Part shown: in pieces, positions 9,512-19,816 of the stretch
How positions within the stretch are numbered: position 1 is the stretch's first letter
How the letters are laid out: every line of letters starts with the position of its first letter
Assembly (NCBI GenBank): GCA_905202215.1
Contig: CAJKRG010000006.1
Span: forward strand, 2,111 to 66,110
Source of the DNA: an uncultured Porphyromonadaceae bacterium
GTDB lineage: Bacteria; Bacteroidota; Bacteroidia; Bacteroidales; Muribaculaceae
DNA length: 64,000 nucleotides
Direction: 5' to 3'
The notes under the pieces: generated by a model
Databases searched by the model: none
What the model saw: the letters and a program-made list of their open reading frames with translations, nothing else
What the model was told of the DNA's origin: nothing
Made by a program: the position numbers and the translations under genes

Positions 9512-10699
9512 ATGAGAACAAAGGTTGCAGTTTTTTTCGGCGGACGATCCACCGAGCACGAGATATCGGTAATATCGGCTAACCAGGCCATGGCCGCGAT
9601 TGACAAGGAAAAATATGAGGTGATACCAGTATATATTTCCAAGCAGGGCCATTGGTATACAGGTGAGTTGCTGACCGATGTCAAAAACTATAAAGATATT
9701 CCGTCTCTGCTCAAACAGTGTACAGAAGTGTATATGCGTCCGGTATTCGGCGATTTCAATCTTTACAAGGCAAATGCCGGTCTTTTCTCTTCGAAGGCTC
9801 CCGTCGCCACGGTGGACGTCGCTATTCCCGTGCTACACGGATCCAACGGAGAGGACGGAACATTCGAGGGTGTTCTCGAGACTATCGGACTGCCATATGC
9901 CGGCTGTAATACACTTGCTTCGGCCAACGGCATGGATAAGATAACCATGAAGATGATTCTGGCTTCCGACGGAATACCTGTGGTGGACTATGTATGGTTC
10001 ACTGACAAACAGTGGTTCTCGAAGCGCGACAGGTTCCTGAGCGATATCGAGACTCGTCTGGGCTATCCTGTAGTGGTGAAACCGGCTAATCTTGGCAGCA
10101 GTGTCGGCATTGGACGTGCCGATAACCGCGACCAGCTTCTTGAGCGTGTGGCCGAGGCCGAACGCTATTCCACCCGTATCATCGTCGAGAAGATGGTGGA
10201 GAACCTTCAGGAGATCAACTGTGCCGTGCTCGGCGATGCCGACGAATATATCACCTCGGTGCTCGAAGAACCGATCAAAAGCGGTGAGATTCTCTCGTAT
10301 ACCGACAAATATATGGGTGGTTCCAAGGATAACCGCGGCATGCATGCTGCCAAGAAGCGTATTCCGGCCGATCTGCCCGCTGCAGAGACTGAACGTATCC
10401 GCTTTCTCGCCGGAGAAACCTTTCGCGTGCTCGGATGTCACGGAGTGAGCCGCGTAGACGTAATGACCGACGGTAAAACACGCGATATCTATGTGAATGA
10501 AATCAATACCATTCCGGGCTCGCTATCGTTCTATCTCTGGGAGGCTGCCGGTATCCGCTTCGACGAACTTATGGACCGTATGATACGTCTTGCATTCAAG
10601 CGGCAGCGCGATATGTCGGCCAAAACAGTTAGCTACGACCAGAATATTTTCGCTCTTGGCGGCGGTACCAAAGGCGGCGTAAAGGGCGGCATAAAATAA
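9512..10699 (+). CDS. ddl: D-alanine--D-alanine ligase
   Basis: N-terminus VAVFFGGRSTEHEISVISA, an ATP-grasp core, and a C-terminal EINTIPG motif. There is an unusual Gly/Lys-rich C-terminal tail. Confidence 0.85.
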   Translation: MRTKVAVFFGGRSTEHEISVISANQAMAAIDKEKYEVIPVYISKQGHWYTGELLTDVKNYKDIPSLLKQCTEVYMRPVFGDFNLYKANAGLFSSKAPVATVDVAIPVLHGSNGEDGTFEGVLETIGLPYAGCNTLASANGMDKITMKMILASDGIPVVDYVWFTDKQWFSKRDRFLSDIETRLGYPVVVKPANLGSSVGIGRADNRDQLLERVAEAERYSTRIIVEKMVENLQEINCAVLGDADEYITSVLEEPIKSGEILSYTDKYMGGSKDNRGMHAAKKRIPADLPAAETERIRFLAGETFRVLGCHGVSRVDVMTDGKTRDIYVNEINTIPGSLSFYLWEAAGIRFDELMDRMIRLAFKRQRDMSAKTVSYDQNIFALGGGTKGGVKGGIK

Positions 10700-10703
10700 G
10701 GAT

Positions 10704-11447
10704 ATGTTCAATTTCTTCAAGTCCAGACCAAAAGAACCGGTAAAACTCTGTTTCAATACAGACATACATTGTCATGTTGTTCCGGGAATCGACGATGGCG
10801 CGAAGACTGCCGAATCGGCTGTCGATCTTATCGAGCGCATGCAGGGATGGGGGATAGAGCGTATCATCGCCTCGCCTCATGTGACTCAGGAAACATTCGA
10901 GAACGACCGCACTACCATCGAGCCCGCTCTCGAAGCGCTGCATGCCGAGCTACGCAGACGGGGCAACCATATTGAAGTGCTTCATTCTGCCGAATACCGT
11001 ATAGACGGACTGCTGTCGCAAAGACTTGAGGATAACGATATAATGCCTTATCCTAACGATTATATCCTGATCGAGAATTCGTTCCTTCAGGAGCCCTGGA
11101 ACATAGACCAGCTTGTGTTCGATCTTCAGGTGCGCGGACTTAAGCCTGTTATGGCTCATCCGGAGCGTTATTCATATTATCACTATCATCCCGAACGTTA
11201 CCGTCAGCTTCATGATGCCGGGCTTGCCCTCCAGATCAATCTTCTGAGTCTTGCCGGTTACTATGGGACAGCCGAACAAAAGATGGCCCGTAATCTTATC
11301 CGGGATGGACTGGTCAGTTTCATCGGTACCGATCTGCACAATACACGGCATGCCGATTCTATTGATGCATATCTGCGTACGTCGGCGGCTTATGCCGATA
11401 TGGAAGCGCTTGCCCCGATGATCCGGAATAATACCGCATTCTTTTAG
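10704..11447 (+). CDS. PHP-domain protein-tyrosine phosphatase (CpsB/YwqE family)
   Basis: N-terminal DIHCHVVPGIDDGAKT metal-binding motif of CpsB-type PHP phosphatases. Length is ~247 aa. It starts 5 nt after the ddl stop. Confidence 0.75.
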   Translation: MFNFFKSRPKEPVKLCFNTDIHCHVVPGIDDGAKTAESAVDLIERMQGWGIERIIASPHVTQETFENDRTTIEPALEALHAELRRRGNHIEVLHSAEYRIDGLLSQRLEDNDIMPYPNDYILIENSFLQEPWNIDQLVFDLQVRGLKPVMAHPERYSYYHYHPERYRQLHDAGLALQINLLSLAGYYGTAEQKMARNLIRDGLVSFIGTDLHNTRHADSIDAYLRTSAAYADMEALAPMIRNNTAFF

Positions 11448-11519
11448 AGGTTGTTTGATAACGAACTTTGAAATCCCGGTACGTTGCAGGAAAAAACATG
11501 TGCCGGGTTTTTATTGATA

Positions 11520-12368
11520 TTATTTTGCGAAGATTGCGGCTATGCGTTTGGGATTTACGCCCAGAGCTGCGGCACGTGCGGCATCGGCGCGTGCGTCGTC
11601 GAGGAGAAAACGGTCGCGGTTGAGGATCGCGCGGTAGTAATATAACTCGGGATCGTCGGGATAGCGCTCCAGTCCTTCGGCAAGGACTCCTGATGCCTCG
11701 CTGAGTTCGCTGAGGGCCAGAAGAGAGCCTGCGAGAGCGGCATAGTATTCAGGCGCAGGCTCAAGCGAGACGAGCTTGCGCAGGTATGGAAGTGCCTCAC
11801 GGTCGCGCCCCGACAGGGAATAAAGCATGCCGAGCGCACGCGCCGTGGTCAATGCTTCGGGCACTATGGATCTGAGCACATTGAAATCGGCTTCGGCCGC
11901 GTCGAGTTTGCCTGAGTAAAGGGCTATGGTGCCATGATAGTAGCGGGCGTCTATATTGAGGGAATCTGCGGCTATCACTTTTTCGAAGGCTTCGGAGGCT
12001 TCTTTGTCGCGTCCGAGTTTCAGAAGCACCTCTCCGCGGTTTGCCTGTGCGGTGCGCAGTTCGGGCGCACGACGCACGGCCTCGTCGAGCACGGCGATTG
12101 CCATAGAGTCGTTGTCCATATAGGAATATATCATGCCGAGATTGGAGAGCAGGAGCACGTTCTGAGGCGAGTCGGGCCGCAGCGACATTGCTTCGAGCAA
12201 CCGTTGGGCCGCTCCGGCAAAGTCTCCGTCGGCCACGGCCTTGTCGGCTTGTCCGCACAGTAGTACATACGGGTCTTCCTCGTCGGCCGGTACGGTGGAC
12301 TCTATCTTTTGGGCGCCCGCGGACAATGAGATAACCGCGAATAAGGAGAGGAACAGATGTTTCATCAT
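11520..12368 (-). CDS. tetratricopeptide-repeat protein with signal peptide
   Basis: Signal peptide MMKHLFLSLFAVISLSAGAQ followed by multiple TPR-like Ala/Leu/Tyr-patterned helices. The start overlaps the lgt stop by ATGA. Confidence 0.6.
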   Translation of the reverse strand: MMKHLFLSLFAVISLSAGAQKIESTVPADEEDPYVLLCGQADKAVADGDFAGAAQRLLEAMSLRPDSPQNVLLLSNLGMIYSYMDNDSMAIAVLDEAVRRAPELRTAQANRGEVLLKLGRDKEASEAFEKVIAADSLNIDARYYHGTIALYSGKLDAAEADFNVLRSIVPEALTTARALGMLYSLSGRDREALPYLRKLVSLEPAPEYYAALAGSLLALSELSEASGVLAEGLERYPDDPELYYYRAILNRDRFLLDDARADAARAAALGVNPKRIAAIFAK

Positions 12369-13213
12369 TTTTTCTTTTCTACAGCCCACTCGTTGGGGTA
12401 GGCTATTTTAATGCGTTTGCGCATGAGCGCCCTGAGGATGAGGAAAATGCCGAGAAGTGCAAACGGTATGCTGAGCCACTGGCCCATGTTGAGTGTCATT
12501 GTGGCCTCGAATGCAACCTGGTCGTTTTTGATAAATTCAACGAAGAAGCGCGAGCCGAAAGTTCCGAGCAGGAAAACACCGAAGAGGAGACCGGGGCGTT
12601 CGCCGAGATTACGTTTCCAGTACATCCACATCATCAGTCCGAACAGAGCGAGATATGTCAGGGCTTCGTAGATCTGTGTGGGGTGGCACGCGAGGCCGTA
12701 ATAGAGCTGATTCCATTCCTCCGAGCGCACGAATTTGAAACCCCATGGCAGATCGGTGGGATAGCCGAATATTTCGGAATTCATCAGGTTGCCCAGTCGT
12801 ATCAGGCAGCCGACAAACGCTATCGCTATGGTTAGACGATCGAATGTCCATAGCGGCGACCGTTTGGTGGTGAATATGGAGAAGAGTATGACCGCTATGA
12901 TAATGCCTATTGCGCCTCCGTGGCTGGCGAGACCGCCTTCCCAGGTGGCAAGTATTTTCCAGGGATGGGCGGAGTAGTAATCCCACTGGTAGAAAAACAC
13001 ATGGCCGAGACGTGCTCCGACGACTGTGGCGACACCGACGTATATCAGCAGTATGCCGACCCAGTTTTCAGGCGCACCCTCGCGCTTGAACATTTTGGCT
13101 ACGATGTTGAAGCCTATCCAGAATCCGATGGCGAACATAAGTCCGTACCAGCGCACGGTGACAAAACTATCTATGAGTATCGGGTTGACATCCCAGGTGA
13201 TGAAGTTTAGCAT
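12365..13213 (-). CDS. lgt: prolipoprotein diacylglyceryl transferase
   Basis: Lgt N-terminus (VRWYGLMFAIGFWIGF) and the Lgt signature region, polytopic membrane protein, ~280 aa. Confidence 0.85.
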   Translation of the reverse strand: MLNFITWDVNPILIDSFVTVRWYGLMFAIGFWIGFNIVAKMFKREGAPENWVGILLIYVGVATVVGARLGHVFFYQWDYYSAHPWKILATWEGGLASHGGAIGIIIAVILFSIFTTKRSPLWTFDRLTIAIAFVGCLIRLGNLMNSEIFGYPTDLPWGFKFVRSEEWNQLYYGLACHPTQIYEALTYLALFGLMMWMYWKRNLGERPGLLFGVFLLGTFGSRFFVEFIKNDQVAFEATMTLNMGQWLSIPFALLGIFLILRALMRKRIKIAYPNEWAVEKKK

Positions 13214-13270
13214 TTTCTATAGTGAGAAATTATATGTTACAGCTTGGTCGAGTCTTTTTCAGAAACCGGA

Positions 13271-14680
13271 TCAGCGCTCTTCAGGCCTGGCGAAATATTT
13301 CGATGTGGCCTTGCGCACTTTCGGACTGAGGAATATTATTGCTATCATGGTCGGTATGGCCATGAGGGCATAGAATAGGTCGCATGCTCCTACAGCCGCC
13401 TCGATAGGAACTATGGCGAAGACGATGAGTGACGCCAGAAAAGCCCATGAGTAGTATTTTCCCCGGCGTGTGCCGAAGAGATAGTTGGCACAGGTTGTGC
13501 CGTAGAAAGAATAGGAGAACATCGACGACATCGCAAAGCAGATGACCACACACATCAGCAGTATGTCGCCGGCGGGAATAGCGTTGCTGAAGGCCTGCAT
13601 GGCAACTTCAAGTCCCTTGACACCTTCGACGTTGATGTCGCCGCACAGCAGAATTGCCACAGCGGTGAGTGTGCATACGAGGCCCGAATCGATGCTCGGT
13701 CCGAGCATTGCCACAAGTCCTTCGCGCACCGGCTCATTGTTGCGGGAGGCGCCGTGCATGATCGAGGCGGTGCCTATGCCGGCATCGTTGACAAGGGCTG
13801 CCCGCCGTGCTCCTATTATCGCTATTCCGGCAAGAGCGCCGAAGCCGGCCCGAAGATTGAACGCTTCGGTAAAAATGCTCTTGAATACGCCGGGAACACC
13901 GTCGATATTGGTAATGATGATGAAAAGCACCATCAGGAAATATAGACCCACCATGAATGGCACCATGACGGTTGCCACACGTGCTATGCGCGTGATACCG
14001 CCGAGTATCACCACCGCAACCACGGCTGCTATGGCACAGCCGAAGAGCAGTCGGTAGACACGGACATTCTCAAGCCCCAGAAAGCCTCCGAGACCGGATA
14101 TGAAACCATTCGATGCAATGCCTTCGGGAGTAGTAAACGTGGTCATAAAGGCCTCGGTGAGCTGGTTGGCGTTCATTATGCACATGGTGCCGAACAGACC
14201 GGCTATCGCGAAGAAGCGCGCAAGCGGTTTCCATTTCATGCCCATTCCCTGCTCGATGATGTGCATAGGGCCTCCCTGCGGGCGCCCCTGGTCGTCTTTA
14301 CCCTTGTACATTATGGCCAGAACGCCTTCGTGGTATTTCGTAGCCATACCGACAAGGGCGCTCACCCACATCCAGAAAATGGCGCCGGGGCCGCCCATGA
14401 CCAGGGCAATGGCCACGCCGGCGATATTACCGAGTCCGACGGTCGCGGCAACTACCGACGCAAGAGCCTGAACCGACGATATCTGGCCGTTTTTAGCCTT
14501 GGAGTCGGGTTTGCGGCGCAGTTCTCTGACAGCTGCCGGAAGACGGCGTATCGACACTGCTCCCGATGACAGAAAGAGGTAGAGACCTCCGCCGATCAGA
14601 AGGAAGAAAAGAGGATAACCGCAGAGTATTTCTGCGGCATTGATTATGAATTGTCCTATCGAGTCTAACATTGGGGACAA
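13271..14680 (-). CDS. alanine/glycine:cation symporter (AGCS family)
   Basis: GNIAGVAIALVMGGPGAIFWMWVSALVGMATKY is the AGCS signature region. About 11 TM segments, ~470 aa. Confidence 0.8.
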   Translation of the reverse strand: MSPMLDSIGQFIINAAEILCGYPLFFLLIGGGLYLFLSSGAVSIRRLPAAVRELRRKPDSKAKNGQISSVQALASVVAATVGLGNIAGVAIALVMGGPGAIFWMWVSALVGMATKYHEGVLAIMYKGKDDQGRPQGGPMHIIEQGMGMKWKPLARFFAIAGLFGTMCIMNANQLTEAFMTTFTTPEGIASNGFISGLGGFLGLENVRVYRLLFGCAIAAVVAVVILGGITRIARVATVMVPFMVGLYFLMVLFIIITNIDGVPGVFKSIFTEAFNLRAGFGALAGIAIIGARRAALVNDAGIGTASIMHGASRNNEPVREGLVAMLGPSIDSGLVCTLTAVAILLCGDINVEGVKGLEVAMQAFSNAIPAGDILLMCVVICFAMSSMFSYSFYGTTCANYLFGTRRGKYYSWAFLASLIVFAIVPIEAAVGACDLFYALMAIPTMIAIIFLSPKVRKATSKYFARPEER

Positions 14681-14729
14681 AATTAGCTAAAAAGCCCGAC
14701 ATAGCCCCCCTCCCGTCCGCTAAAAAAGG

Positions 14730-17276
14730 TTATTCCAAGATTGCGGAAGGTGCGGCTCCATGTCCGCGGACTTCATCACCCCGGCGTACCTTTCGGCCGT
14801 ATCCTATTGTATAGGAGGCGGAAATATTAATACTGCTATGGGCCGACGGATTGTAGTAGGTCTGGTATTCAGCATATAGCGGCGTATTGCGGGTCCACGT
14901 TTCCGAGCGCCATCCGCGATTGAATATATTTTTGGCCGCAACGTTCACTGTCCATATGCCGTTTCCCCATCCAAGCGAGATCATGTGGAAGTTTCGCCAG
15001 CGGATTATAATGTTTGAGTTTTCGGTAAGTTTCTTGTCAGGACTGCCCCAGGAAGCGAGTATATTGAAATTTTTCCAGTAATAGACGGCCTGCAGCTGTA
15101 CACGGAATGAATACAGCGAGCTATCATAGCATCCGCTTGTATGTCTGGCATTCTGTGTGATGTTTGCATATAACTGGAGATTATTGTCCAATAGCTTGTA
15201 ATTGATTCCTGCTCCGATGTAGCCGTTGGTATAGTTGCCGTCGTTTACAAAATTGCGCAGAATGGCCATTCCATTCCTGTAAGGAAGATAGATTGTTGCA
15301 ACACGATCGAAATCTCTGTTGAATCCTCCGAAAACGGCCACGGACAGCGCATTGCTGTGAAACCAGTTATATGCTATGTTGGACGTCAGGTTTCTGTAAT
15401 TTTTTAGATAAGGATTGGCGGTAAAATACATGAATTCATTGCTCTGTATCGTATCGTTGGCTTTCATGATTATGCCGGGGGTGCGGCTGCCATAATTCAT
15501 ATAAACCTGAAGTTGACTTTTCCTGCTCAATTTCAAAGACATATTTGCACTGATGTTGGGATAGATCCCTTTGACGGGGATGTGGTTCATTGAAGTATGA
15601 TTGACCACGAATCCTATATTGGTCCACAGCGATATTTTCTTTGTCTGGTAACGGTAGTTTATACTTACCGAGGCATTAGATACATAATAAGAATCCTTCA
15701 TATTGTTGGAACCGCGGTATGTAAGTCGGTTGATATTCTGTCCTCCGCCCAGAAAGAGCGTAAGCTGATGCTCTTTCTCAATCATCAGGCGCCCGGAGGC
15801 CTGAATGCCCCAGTTATACGCATTTTCCGTAATCTGGTTGCATATGGAGTTTCCTATGAGCGAGGAATGATAGTACGAAATATTGTTGCGGTGAGTATGC
15901 AGAAATGACGGCGTAATGTCGAAAGACATATTTTTGCGGATGAGGCCCCATAAGTTGCTGTGATAATAGATTGTATTGTGTTTTCTGGGCGATGAGCGCG
16001 TGTATGTGTAATTATTGTCGGGATACGCATCGACATCCAGAGTCCCGCTCATGAATTGTTCGGGCTCGGATACGTGGGTGAGCGACAATGTGTTTCTTGC
16101 CGAGAATTTTTCGGTGTTGTATGAGGCTCTGAAAGTCAAGGGATATTGATCGGACCGGTTGTGAGCGGATTCGAAAGTTTCTTTGCGGTTTACGATAAAC
16201 GGTTCTCCGTTTTTTTCAAGATTATATTCGCCGGTCGTGTTGACACCATTATGGTGACTGTCCTGATTTGTACTGCCACAAAAGAGATCATATGTCATTT
16301 TTTTGAAAGTGAACCTGCTGAACACGGTGCTGTTGTTGTAGATACCGTTCAGAGTCGTAAATGATTCATCTGCTTTAGTGTATCCGCCGTATTCATATTC
16401 CTGTACGATAAAATTGATTACTTTTTGTTCTCCTTTGAAGCGTGGATCGGTCGGGAACTCGATGTACTCTACTTTTCTTACGTCAGTTATTCTCATGCCC
16501 TGCAGCTCGTCGGGCTCTGCTGTATGATAATTGATATACAGCGGTACACTGTTGCCAAATACATCTTTTACGGCATCCTCACCGGGATTTATTATCAGCT
16601 GGGGAATGGCCATACGACGCAGAAGGTCTGTCGCATTACGGGAAGCGTTCTTTTGTCGGTTGCTCGGAATATATATGTTTTTGTCAGTTGCAAGAATAGT
16701 CTGATCGGAGGTAATGGATATCGATGCGAGTTGCACCGGCAACTGATGCATGGTTATTTCTCCCATGGATTGCGCCGGACTATTCTTATAAACTGTCTTA
16801 TAGCCGACACAACTGAATTTTACGATGATATTCCGTTTGTCGCAGGGTATTAGAAAATGTCCGTTGACGTCGGTAACAGCGTAGGTGATTACCGATGAAT
16901 CTCTCGGAGCAAGAATCATTACTGTTACGCCGGGCACAGCCTCTCTGTCGGCTGCGATAACTTTTCCGGTATATATGAATTTGCCGTGCTGCAGGGCTTC
17001 GATATAGTATTTGTCGCCCTTATTGACGATAGATACCGGATTCAAACCTATGGTTTGCCGCAAGGCCTCATAGATATCGTCGGTGTCAAGCGTCGCATTA
17101 GTGGTATAATTGTTAAGTTCGTTATATATGAAGTTGATATCTATATCCCCGTGTTGCTCTGCAATCTCAGTCAGAGCTTCGGAGAGTGGAAGATTCCGGA
17201 AATGATAGCTGAATTTAGCCGCCCGCACCGTCATGACGCATGTAATCACGGCAAAAAGAATGATAAGCTTTTTCAT
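14730..17276 (-). CDS. TonB-dependent outer-membrane transducer-like protein (STN domain + carboxypeptidase-regulatory-like domain + beta-barrel)
   Basis: Signal peptide, an STN-type signalling domain (LSEALTEIAEQHGDIDINFIY...KGDKYYI), a CarbopepD_reg-like segment (GKVIAADREAVPGVTVMILAP...TDVNGHFLI), then a long Tyr/Asn-rich beta-strand region. It sits immediately downstream of the anti-sigma/ECF sigma pair. Confidence 0.65.
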   Translation of the reverse strand: MKKLIILFAVITCVMTVRAAKFSYHFRNLPLSEALTEIAEQHGDIDINFIYNELNNYTTNATLDTDDIYEALRQTIGLNPVSIVNKGDKYYIEALQHGKFIYTGKVIAADREAVPGVTVMILAPRDSSVITYAVTDVNGHFLIPCDKRNIIVKFSCVGYKTVYKNSPAQSMGEITMHQLPVQLASISITSDQTILATDKNIYIPSNRQKNASRNATDLLRRMAIPQLIINPGEDAVKDVFGNSVPLYINYHTAEPDELQGMRITDVRKVEYIEFPTDPRFKGEQKVINFIVQEYEYGGYTKADESFTTLNGIYNNSTVFSRFTFKKMTYDLFCGSTNQDSHHNGVNTTGEYNLEKNGEPFIVNRKETFESAHNRSDQYPLTFRASYNTEKFSARNTLSLTHVSEPEQFMSGTLDVDAYPDNNYTYTRSSPRKHNTIYYHSNLWGLIRKNMSFDITPSFLHTHRNNISYYHSSLIGNSICNQITENAYNWGIQASGRLMIEKEHQLTLFLGGGQNINRLTYRGSNNMKDSYYVSNASVSINYRYQTKKISLWTNIGFVVNHTSMNHIPVKGIYPNISANMSLKLSRKSQLQVYMNYGSRTPGIIMKANDTIQSNEFMYFTANPYLKNYRNLTSNIAYNWFHSNALSVAVFGGFNRDFDRVATIYLPYRNGMAILRNFVNDGNYTNGYIGAGINYKLLDNNLQLYANITQNARHTSGCYDSSLYSFRVQLQAVYYWKNFNILASWGSPDKKLTENSNIIIRWRNFHMISLGWGNGIWTVNVAAKNIFNRGWRSETWTRNTPLYAEYQTYYNPSAHSSINISASYTIGYGRKVRRGDEVRGHGAAPSAILE

Positions 17277-17277
17277 G

Positions 17278-17934
17278 TCAGTCTATGATTAATGCGTTGT
17301 CGATAAGTATTATATTGATCTGCTCGAAGTTGTTGATCTGCTCTGTAATCTGCTCGAGAGGTAGCGACTGATCCCAACGGAAATATAGAATAAGATTTTT
17401 GGTCCGTTCGCTTCGGTAACTTACGGCAGCTCCATAATAGTGTGCTATCGTAGAGATCATATCGTCGAACGAATATTTCCTGAATATAACTATTTGCGGT
17501 GCTTCCGTCGGCTCAGGTGTGTAGACGGAGTCTTGGACGACGGTAAGGACGCTGTCGCTTATATTTGCAGTATCGGTTTGGGCTGGGGCTGTTCTTTTAG
17601 ATTGCTCAAGCGAGTTATATACACCTATTGTCGTTGCAATCATGGCCAGGGTAGCGAACGCAAATATTGCAGCGGCGGCTATATTGCGGGCCGGATATCC
17701 TGTCGGAAAACGCAGGAGTTTTTTTCTGAATGTATGGGAATGGTTTCTCTTAAAGCAATTCCACTCCTTATCTACATCCGCATCAGATGTCTCTGTCAGA
17801 GATGTGGCTGTCTTGCTCATGAGATTGTAAAGTTGCATGACTTCAGAATCTTCGAGAAGTTCATTAAGCTCTTTGACAGAGGTGAATTCGGGATGCTCGA
17901 TGGCCTCCAGAAGTCGGTCGGTCTTGTCTTTCAT
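17278..17934 (-). CDS. anti-sigma factor (short FecR-like, one TM helix, DUF4974-like C-terminal domain)
   Basis: A central TM helix AAAIFAFATLAMIATTIGVY and a C-terminal region resembling the FecR C-terminal domain. It overlaps the upstream sigma gene by 4 nt. Confidence 0.6.
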   Translation of the reverse strand: MKDKTDRLLEAIEHPEFTSVKELNELLEDSEVMQLYNLMSKTATSLTETSDADVDKEWNCFKRNHSHTFRKKLLRFPTGYPARNIAAAAIFAFATLAMIATTIGVYNSLEQSKRTAPAQTDTANISDSVLTVVQDSVYTPEPTEAPQIVIFRKYSFDDMISTIAHYYGAAVSYRSERTKNLILYFRWDQSLPLEQITEQINNFEQINIILIDNALIID

Positions 17935-18416
17935 CTTGGTTGAAAATAATGGCGTAAAATATCTATTGCATGACGCAGATGTTTGTATACGGCAACTTCG
18001 CTTATAGATAATTCATCGGCGATTTCCCTATAGGTCATGTGGTCGGAAAACTTCAGCTGTATCACCCTCCGGCTTCGTTCGGGCAGATGGCGCTCAATGA
18101 TATCGTTGATTTTTTCGACATCCTCTTCATCCGGCCACGGCTTATCTTCTATTTCACTGTTGTCAAGCGCATAAAGTTTACTAAATCTTTCATGGACAGA
18201 CAGGCTGCGAATGTGTTTAAGGCAGGCGAAGCGTACACCGTTTAAAAGATATGCGGGAGTGACCGACGATAAATCTTTATCCGTAAGCAGTGAGGCGAAG
18301 ACGTCGTGGACAACATCGCGGGCGACCTCCTCGTTGCGCAGCAGCCGGTTGGCAAGAACGAGCATTGCCTTATAGTTGCTTCGGAAGAGTTGTTCTATTT
18401 CATCTGTTATTGTCAT
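17931..18416 (-). CDS. RNA polymerase ECF-type sigma factor
   Basis: Sigma-70 region 2 and a region 4 HTH (LKFSDHMTYREIADELSISEVAVYKHLRHA). The likely true start is MTITDEIEQLF at 18414-18416. The ORF-track N-terminal extension is dubious. Confidence 0.75.
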   Translation of the reverse strand: MTITDEIEQLFRSNYKAMLVLANRLLRNEEVARDVVHDVFASLLTDKDLSSVTPAYLLNGVRFACLKHIRSLSVHERFSKLYALDNSEIEDKPWPDEEDVEKINDIIERHLPERSRRVIQLKFSDHMTYREIADELSISEVAVYKHLRHAIDILRHYFQPR

Positions 18417-18529
18417 ACATTTATATAAACCGCGACTTTGAATTTTCCTAACCGCGCCGCGATAAAAATTACAATAAAAGCCTCCAAGACGATTCTTGAA
18501 GGCTTTCATTAAATTGTATTTGACGGGAG

Positions 18530-19816
18530 TCAGAGGGCGAAGAAGGTGGTGAAGGCGGCGATGGTGGCGATGTGGTCAGCAGTGGAGGCGGTTTCGCGGA
18601 TGGAGTGCATGGCCCAGAGTGGGGCACCCATGTCAACGCCGCGCAGGGGGATCTGTGATGTGAGAATGTTGCCGAGGGTAGAGCCGCCCGCGACGTCGCT
18701 ATGGTTCACGAAGTATTGGCAGGGCACACCGGCTTCCTCGCAGATGGCCCGGAATACGGCAGCCGAGTCGGCATCGGTCATATACTTGCAGTTCGCGTTG
18801 ATTTTGATGCATGGGCCTCCGCCGAGCACCGGGTGATTGGTCGGGTCCTGTTTCTCGACATAGTTCGGATGAAGTCCGTGTGCGTTGTCGGCCGATATCA
18901 TGAATGAGTTTGCGACAGCCCGCATGAAGTCCTGATCGGAACCTCCGAGGCACGACACCACGCGGCGCATGATGTGTTCGAGAATAGGCGATCCTGCGCC
19001 CTGCTTGGTGCCGGAGCCGGTTTCCTCGTTGTCGAAGATAGCGGCCACACGTGTAAACCGCGACGGCTCGTCGATATTGGCTATGAGGGCCGAGATGGCG
19101 GCGTGAACCATGCTGAGGTCATCGATGCGGCCGGAGCATATCATCTCGTTTTCGAGACCGACAGTGCCGGCGCGTTCGGTGTCGTAGAGCGAGAGGTCGT
19201 AGTCGAGGATCTCATCGGGATCGACATCGAGCTGTTCTGATATCAGGGTACGGATAATGCTTTTCGGGGTAGGGCAGTCGAGGGCTATCACAGGCAGCAT
19301 GTCCTTCTGCCGCGACAGCGGATTGCCTTCGTTGACAGCGCGGTTGAAGTGGATGGCAAGATGGGGGATCGTAAGGAGAGGACGGTCTACGCGCATCAGT
19401 TCCATCCGCGGGCGCAGAAGATTGTCGCTGCGGAGCGCTACGCGGCCTGCGACAGACAGCGGGCGGTCGAACCATGTATATAGTATCGGGCCTCCGTAAA
19501 CCTCGGTGTTGAGCTTCACGGCACCTCCTTCGCATGGCATTTCCGACCGGGGCTTGATGCGGAAGCCGGGCGAATCGCTGTGAGCGGCAACGACGTTGAA
19601 GCCTGCCGCGGGATTGCCGTCGCCGACAATGAAGGCGAAAATCGCCGATCCGTTCTGTAACACGTAGTACTTGTCGCCCGGAACGAGCGTCCATTCGTCG
19701 GCCATGTCGAGTTGGCGGAATCCCTCGTTTTCGAGGAGTGTTCTGGCGGTGTTTACGGCCCAGAAGTTGACGGGCGATGCGTCGAGAAAGGCGCAGAGGT
19801 CGGCTATGTGGTTCAT
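18530..19816 (-). CDS. M18-family aminopeptidase (aspartyl aminopeptidase-like)
   Basis: HSDSPGFRIKP and downstream metal-binding motifs of the M18 family. The likely start is MNHIADL at 19814-19816. Confidence 0.75.
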   Translation of the reverse strand: MNHIADLCAFLDASPVNFWAVNTARTLLENEGFRQLDMADEWTLVPGDKYYVLQNGSAIFAFIVGDGNPAAGFNVVAAHSDSPGFRIKPRSEMPCEGGAVKLNTEVYGGPILYTWFDRPLSVAGRVALRSDNLLRPRMELMRVDRPLLTIPHLAIHFNRAVNEGNPLSRQKDMLPVIALDCPTPKSIIRTLISEQLDVDPDEILDYDLSLYDTERAGTVGLENEMICSGRIDDLSMVHAAISALIANIDEPSRFTRVAAIFDNEETGSGTKQGAGSPILEHIMRRVVSCLGGSDQDFMRAVANSFMISADNAHGLHPNYVEKQDPTNHPVLGGGPCIKINANCKYMTDADSAAVFRAICEEAGVPCQYFVNHSDVAGGSTLGNILTSQIPLRGVDMGAPLWAMHSIRETASTADHIATIAAFTTFFAL

